From Actinomycetota bacterium (lineage in GTDB: Bacteria; Actinomycetota; Acidimicrobiia; IMCC26256; PALSA-555): a stretch of DNA of 64,000 nucleotides. Positions 60,078-64,000 of the stretch are shown here, one piece after another; the first letter of the stretch is position 1, and every line of letters starts with the position of its first letter. Under the pieces are notes generated by a model. That model saw only the letters and a list, made by a program, of their open reading frames with translations, was not told where the DNA came from and ran no database searches. The position numbers and the translations under genes are program-made. The DNA lies in contig VGBR01000003.1 in assembly GCA_016870355.1 (NCBI GenBank), positions 4,653 through 68,652 of the forward strand, in the 5' to 3' direction.

Positions 60078-61058
60078 CTAGTTCGACACCAGCGTGGCGA
60101 GGAGCCGTTCGAACTCTTCGTCGGTCGGAGCGGTGCGAGGATCTCTCACCGTCAACGTCACGACGAGCGCCCGACTCGACGTCGTTCGTCCTTCGTAGAC
60201 GACGAGTCGCGTCGTCGGGGTACTGCTGTCGACGAGCTCGGCCCGAAACGCGGGAGCACCGTCGAGCACTGTCTGACGCGCGCCCTGTAGGCGGATGGTG
60301 GGAATCTGCTCCACCACGATCTGGGTCTCGGTCGTCACCCACTCGTGGAGCGCGTCAAGTGGCTGATCGGTGTTGAAGCTCCGCACTTGGAGCGTGTTCG
60401 AGTTCGTGACACTCACGTCGGGGCCGATCTCCAACACGACCCGCACGCATTCGTCGGCCGCGAGCACGTTCGGGCACTCACCGGTGGGCTCTTCGATGCG
60501 CCACTCCTTCGGGTACCGGAACCGGAAGTCAGCGTCTTGGTCTGCGTAGATGGTTGTGGCAGGCCCGATGCTCGGACGGTCGTCACCGTCGAGCATGCCC
60601 GCGCCCACGCTCCCGCCAACGACGAGCAGCGCGACGGCCGCGGCCAGGATCGCCCAGCCGCGCCGCGTGTTCGGAAGCTCGACGATGGGGCGGTCTTCGC
60701 GGCTCCACCGCTTCGGCCTGATGACGACGGCGGACGTCTCCGCGGCGGGCTCGTCCTCCTCCCGCTTCGGCGCCTCGTGCTCGACCGCGTCCGCGAGCGT
60801 CGGGACCGCGCCGAGGTACGGCGTGGGGACGACCTCGAGCGGGAGTGCTGGGACAGGCGGCGGCTCGGCGGCTCGCCCAGGTGCCGGCAACGACGGCACG
60901 TCAGCGTGCCAGGAGATGGCGTCGGCGGCGAGATCGAGCCGGGCCACCCTGGCCGTCCACGCCGAGCCGTCCCACCAGCGCAGACGTTGCGCGTCGAGAG
61001 GATCGGGGTGCCAGCCCGGCTCGGCTGGCCCGGCATGATCGGAGGCCACCCAGTGCAC
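60078..61058 (-). CDS. DUF2510-domain membrane protein
   Basis: N-terminal GWHPDPLDAQRLRWWDGSAWT (DUF2510-like) and one TM (WAILAAAVALLVVGGSVGAGML). Confidence 0.7.
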   Translation of the reverse strand: MHWVASDHAGPAEPGWHPDPLDAQRLRWWDGSAWTARVARLDLAADAISWHADVPSLPAPGRAAEPPPVPALPLEVVPTPYLGAVPTLADAVEHEAPKREEDEPAAETSAVVIRPKRWSREDRPIVELPNTRRGWAILAAAVALLVVGGSVGAGMLDGDDRPSIGPATTIYADQDADFRFRYPKEWRIEEPTGECPNVLAADECVRVVLEIGPDVSVTNSNTLQVRSFNTDQPLDALHEWVTTETQIVVEQIPTIRLQGARQTVLDGAPAFRAELVDSSTPTTRLVVYEGRTTSSRALVVTLTVRDPRTAPTDEEFERLLATLVSN

Positions 61059-61118
61059 GATCGATCAGGGTGGCACAGCCCTTGTGCCGCAACGGGGATA
61101 GTCGCGGGAATGTCTGAA

Positions 61119-61139
61119 CTTGACAATGACGTTGTCAAC
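61119..61139. promoter_or_regulatory. HAIR-like inverted repeat upstream of clpB
   Basis: CTTGACA-atgacgt-TGTCAAC. N7 spacing; the 7-bp arms are complementary except at the outermost position. Lies 34 nt upstream of the clpB ATG. Confidence 0.5.
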
Positions 61140-61172
61140 TTCACACACTGACCCGGACGTCGCGAGGAGCCC

Positions 61173-63746
61173 ATGGCACTCGACCCCAACAAGCTGACGC
61201 GCAAGACCGGCGAGGCCCTCCAGGCCGCGCAGTCACTCGCGCAGGAGCGCAACCACGCCCAGGTTGCCCCGGAGCATCTGCTTGCCGCGCTCGTGGGTCA
61301 GCCGGAATCGGTGGTGCTGCCAGTGCTCGAGCGGCTCGGCGTCACGCCGTCAGCCGTACGCGATCGCGTCGATCAGGCGTTGGGGAAGATCGCGCAGGTC
61401 TACGGCCAGACCGCGCAAGCTCAGCTGTCGCCGGACGCATTCAAGGTGCTCGAGGCAGCCGATGCGCAGCGCACCGACCTCAGCGACGACTACCTCTCCA
61501 CCGAGCACGTGCTGCTCGCGATGACTGAGATCGCCGGCGGCGTCGGCGACCTGCTCCGCGCCCTCGGCGTCACGCACGACGCGGTGCTCGGCGCGCTCAA
61601 GGACGTTCGCGGCAGTCACCGCGTCACCAGTGAGAACCCCGAGGACCAGTACCAGGCGCTCGAGCGGTTCGGCCGCGACCTCACCGAAGAGGCGCGCAAA
61701 GGCAAGCTCGACCCGGTCATCGGACGCGACGACGAGATCCGTCGCGTCATCCAGGTGCTCTCTCGGCGTACGAAGAACAACCCGGTGCTCATCGGCGAGC
61801 CCGGCGTGGGGAAGACGGCGATCGTCGAAGGACTGGCACGCCGCATCGTCGAAGGCGATGTGCCCGAGTCGCTGCGCGAGAAGCGGCTCATCTCGCTTGA
61901 CATCGGTGCGATGGTCGCGGGCTCGAAGTACCGCGGTGAGTTCGAAGACCGGCTGAAGGCGGTCCTCAAGGAGATCACCGACGCCGAGGGCGAAGTCATC
62001 TCCTTCGTCGACGAGCTGCACACGATCGTGGGCGCGGGCGGCGCGGAAGGTGCGGTGGACGCCGGCAACATGATCAAGCCGATGTTGGCGCGCGGCGAGC
62101 TGCGCATGATCGGTGCGACCACGCTCGACGAGTTCCGCAAGTACATCGAGAAGGATCCCGCGCTCGAGCGGCGCTTCCAGCAGGTGTTCGTGGGCGAGCC
62201 ATCCACCGAGGACACGATCGCGATCCTGCGCGGGCTCAAGGAGCGCTACGAGGTGCACCACGGCGTGCGCATCCAGGACGCCGCGCTGGTCGCGGCGGCG
62301 GTGCTGTCCGACCGCTACATCACCGGTCGCCAGCTGCCTGACAAGGCGATCGACCTCGTCGACGAAGCCGCGTCGCGCCTGCGCATCGAGATCGACTCGA
62401 TGCCGATCGAGATCGACGTAGTCGAGCGGCGAATCCGCCAGCTCGAGATCGAGAAGGCCGCGCTGGCCAAGGAGACCGACGCGAGCTCGAAGCAGCGACT
62501 CGATGCGATCGAGGCCGAGGTGGCCGAGCTCGGGGAAGAGCGCGATGCGATGGTGGCGCACTGGCAGAACGAGAAGGACGCCATCACCGAGATCAGCGCA
62601 CTCAAGGAGCAGCTGGAGCAGTCGCGCCACGAAGCCGAGCGGGCCGAGCGTGAAGGCGACCTCGAGAAGGCCGCGCAGCTGCGCTACGAGACGATGCGCG
62701 ACCTCGAGCAGGAGATCGAGGCAAAGACCGTACGTCTCGACGAGCTCCAGCGCGACCGAAAGATGTTGAAGGAAGAGGTCGACGAGGAAGACGTCGCCGA
62801 GATCGTCTCCAAGTGGACGGGCGTGCCGGTCACGCGCTTGCTCGAAGGCGAGATCGCCAAGCTCGTGCGCATGGAAGACGTGCTGCACTCGCGGGTGGTC
62901 GGCCAGGACGAGGCGGTGTCGGTGGTCGCGAACGCGATCCGCCGTTCACGCGCCGGCCTCTCAGACCCGCACCGCCCCATCGGTTCGTTCCTGTTCCTCG
63001 GGCCGACGGGTGTGGGCAAGACCGAGCTCGCGCGCAGCCTCGCCGACTTCCTGTTCGATGACGAGCGGGCGATGGTCCGCATCGACATGTCCGAGTACCA
63101 AGAGAAGCACAACGTGTCGCGCCTGGTTGGCGCGCCCCCCGGCTACGTCGGGTACGAGGAGGGTGGCCAGCTCACCGAAGCGGTGCGACGACGCCCGTAC
63201 TCATTGGTGCTGCTCGACGAGATCGAGAAGGCGCACGCCGACGTGTTCAACGTGCTCCTCCAGGTGCTCGACGACGGCCGCCTCACCGATGGTCAGGGGC
63301 GCACGGTCGACTTCTCGAACACCGTGCTGATCATGACGTCGAACCTCGGCGGCGGCGCAGACGAGCGCACGGTCATGAACGTCGTGGGCAACCACTTCAA
63401 GCCCGAGTTCCTCAACCGGATCGACGAGATGGTGGTGTTCCATCCCCTCGGCGAGGAGCACATCCGAGAGATCGTGGAGCTCCAGATCGAGCACCTTCGG
63501 ACCCGGCTCATGGAGCGCAACCTCGCGCTCGAGCTCACCGACGCGGCACTGGAACACCTGAGTACGGTCGGGTACGACCCCGACTACGGCGCGCGCCCAC
63601 TGAAGCGAGTCATCCAGAAGGAGATCGCCGACCCAGTCGCGCTCGGTCTGCTGAAGGGCGACTACTCAGACGGCGACGTGGTGATGGTCGACGCAGCCAA
63701 GGACGGCCAGCTCACGTTCTCGAGAAAGCAAGCCGTCAACGCCTGA
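61173..63746 (+). CDS. clpB: ATP-dependent chaperone ClpB
   Basis: 857 aa. Two AAA+ modules ([15 protein letters not shown]; [15 protein letters not shown]) and a coiled-coil middle domain. Confidence 0.97.
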   Translation: MALDPNKLTRKTGEALQAAQSLAQERNHAQVAPEHLLAALVGQPESVVLPVLERLGVTPSAVRDRVDQALGKIAQVYGQTAQAQLSPDAFKVLEAADAQRTDLSDDYLSTEHVLLAMTEIAGGVGDLLRALGVTHDAVLGALKDVRGSHRVTSENPEDQYQALERFGRDLTEEARKGKLDPVIGRDDEIRRVIQVLSRRTKNNPVLIGEPGVGKTAIVEGLARRIVEGDVPESLREKRLISLDIGAMVAGSKYRGEFEDRLKAVLKEITDAEGEVISFVDELHTIVGAGGAEGAVDAGNMIKPMLARGELRMIGATTLDEFRKYIEKDPALERRFQQVFVGEPSTEDTIAILRGLKERYEVHHGVRIQDAALVAAAVLSDRYITGRQLPDKAIDLVDEAASRLRIEIDSMPIEIDVVERRIRQLEIEKAALAKETDASSKQRLDAIEAEVAELGEERDAMVAHWQNEKDAITEISALKEQLEQSRHEAERAEREGDLEKAAQLRYETMRDLEQEIEAKTVRLDELQRDRKMLKEEVDEEDVAEIVSKWTGVPVTRLLEGEIAKLVRMEDVLHSRVVGQDEAVSVVANAIRRSRAGLSDPHRPIGSFLFLGPTGVGKTELARSLADFLFDDERAMVRIDMSEYQEKHNVSRLVGAPPGYVGYEEGGQLTEAVRRRPYSLVLLDEIEKAHADVFNVLLQVLDDGRLTDGQGRTVDFSNTVLIMTSNLGGGADERTVMNVVGNHFKPEFLNRIDEMVVFHPLGEEHIREIVELQIEHLRTRLMERNLALELTDAALEHLSTVGYDPDYGARPLKRVIQKEIADPVALGLLKGDYSDGDVVMVDAAKDGQLTFSRKQAVNA

Positions 63747-63749
63747 GGA

Positions 63750-64000
63750 TCACGCGCCAGGCGACGCCACCGTCAACCCGTTGGCTTCGGCGGCGGAGAT
63801 CGTCCGTTGGTCGTACGAGTAGAAGACGAGATCCGGCATCTGCAATCCGAGCGCGGTCGCGACGTGGATGGCATCGAGCGACCGCAAGGTAGTGGGATCG
63901 ATGCCCACTGCCGCCTCGAGAATGCGGCGATCGATCGTCACCGGGACGAACGGGAGCATGACGGCACGGGTTCTGGCGAGGCCGTCATCACCGTCATCGC
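63750..64000 (-). CDS. PIN-domain (VapC-like) protein, C-terminal part; N-terminus beyond the right edge
   Basis: Reads ...LRSLDAIHVATALGLQMPDLVFYSYDQRTISAAEANGLTVASPGA*. The frame stays open upstream of the track's Met to the window end. Confidence 0.55.
   Translation of the reverse strand, partial: DDGDDGLARTRAVMLPFVPVTIDRRILEAAVGIDPTTLRSLDAIHVATALGLQMPDLVFYSYDQRTISAAEANGLTVASPGA

Overview
High-GC (roughly 70% by eye) actinobacterial-type chromosome, covering the replication-origin neighbourhood. Nearly all of it is core housekeeping DNA. Gene order is collinear, from my memory of M. tuberculosis H37Rv, with three regions. First: tRNA-Ile, DUF3566, gyrA, gyrB, dciA(DUF721), recF, dnaN, oriC, dnaA, then divergent rpmH-rnpA-yidD-yidC-jag-rsmG-parS-parA-parB. 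Second: the Rv3915-Rv3907 block, here cwlM-like, trxA, trxB, anti-sigma, ECF sigma, STPK, DegV, murJ, Rv3909-like and the CCA enzyme. Third: PadR-ino1, panB, rpsF-ssb-rpsR-rplI-dnaB (with an intein), tag, nucS, dcd, an Fe-S reductase, dnaK-grpE-dnaJ-hspR and clpB. I found two tRNAs (Ile-GAU, Gly-CCC). I found no rRNA, CRISPR array, transposase or integrase. Many ORF-track entries are 5'-over-extended or are antisense artefacts of high GC. I re-set starts using conserved N-termini, SD sequences and recurrent 4-nt GTGA/ATGA stop-start overlaps. I see no obvious self-contained novel defence or mobile system. The best candidates for something undescribed are five. (1) A two-copy ~65-nt element with two hairpins, strand-specific G.U pairs and compensatory changes, upstream of a Ser/Thr kinase and of a GNAT-Rv3909-murJ operon. 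(2) An orphan PilT-like protein with every catalytic motif substituted. (3) A PadR-ino1-PLD(HKD)-VTT/DedA-like operon with an AT-rich tandem palindromic operator. (4) GyrB with an obligatorily translated Lys-rich repeat tail. (5) rnpA with no canonical start codon for its conserved N-terminal half. All functional calls come from reading the translations and from remembered family motifs; no searches were run.
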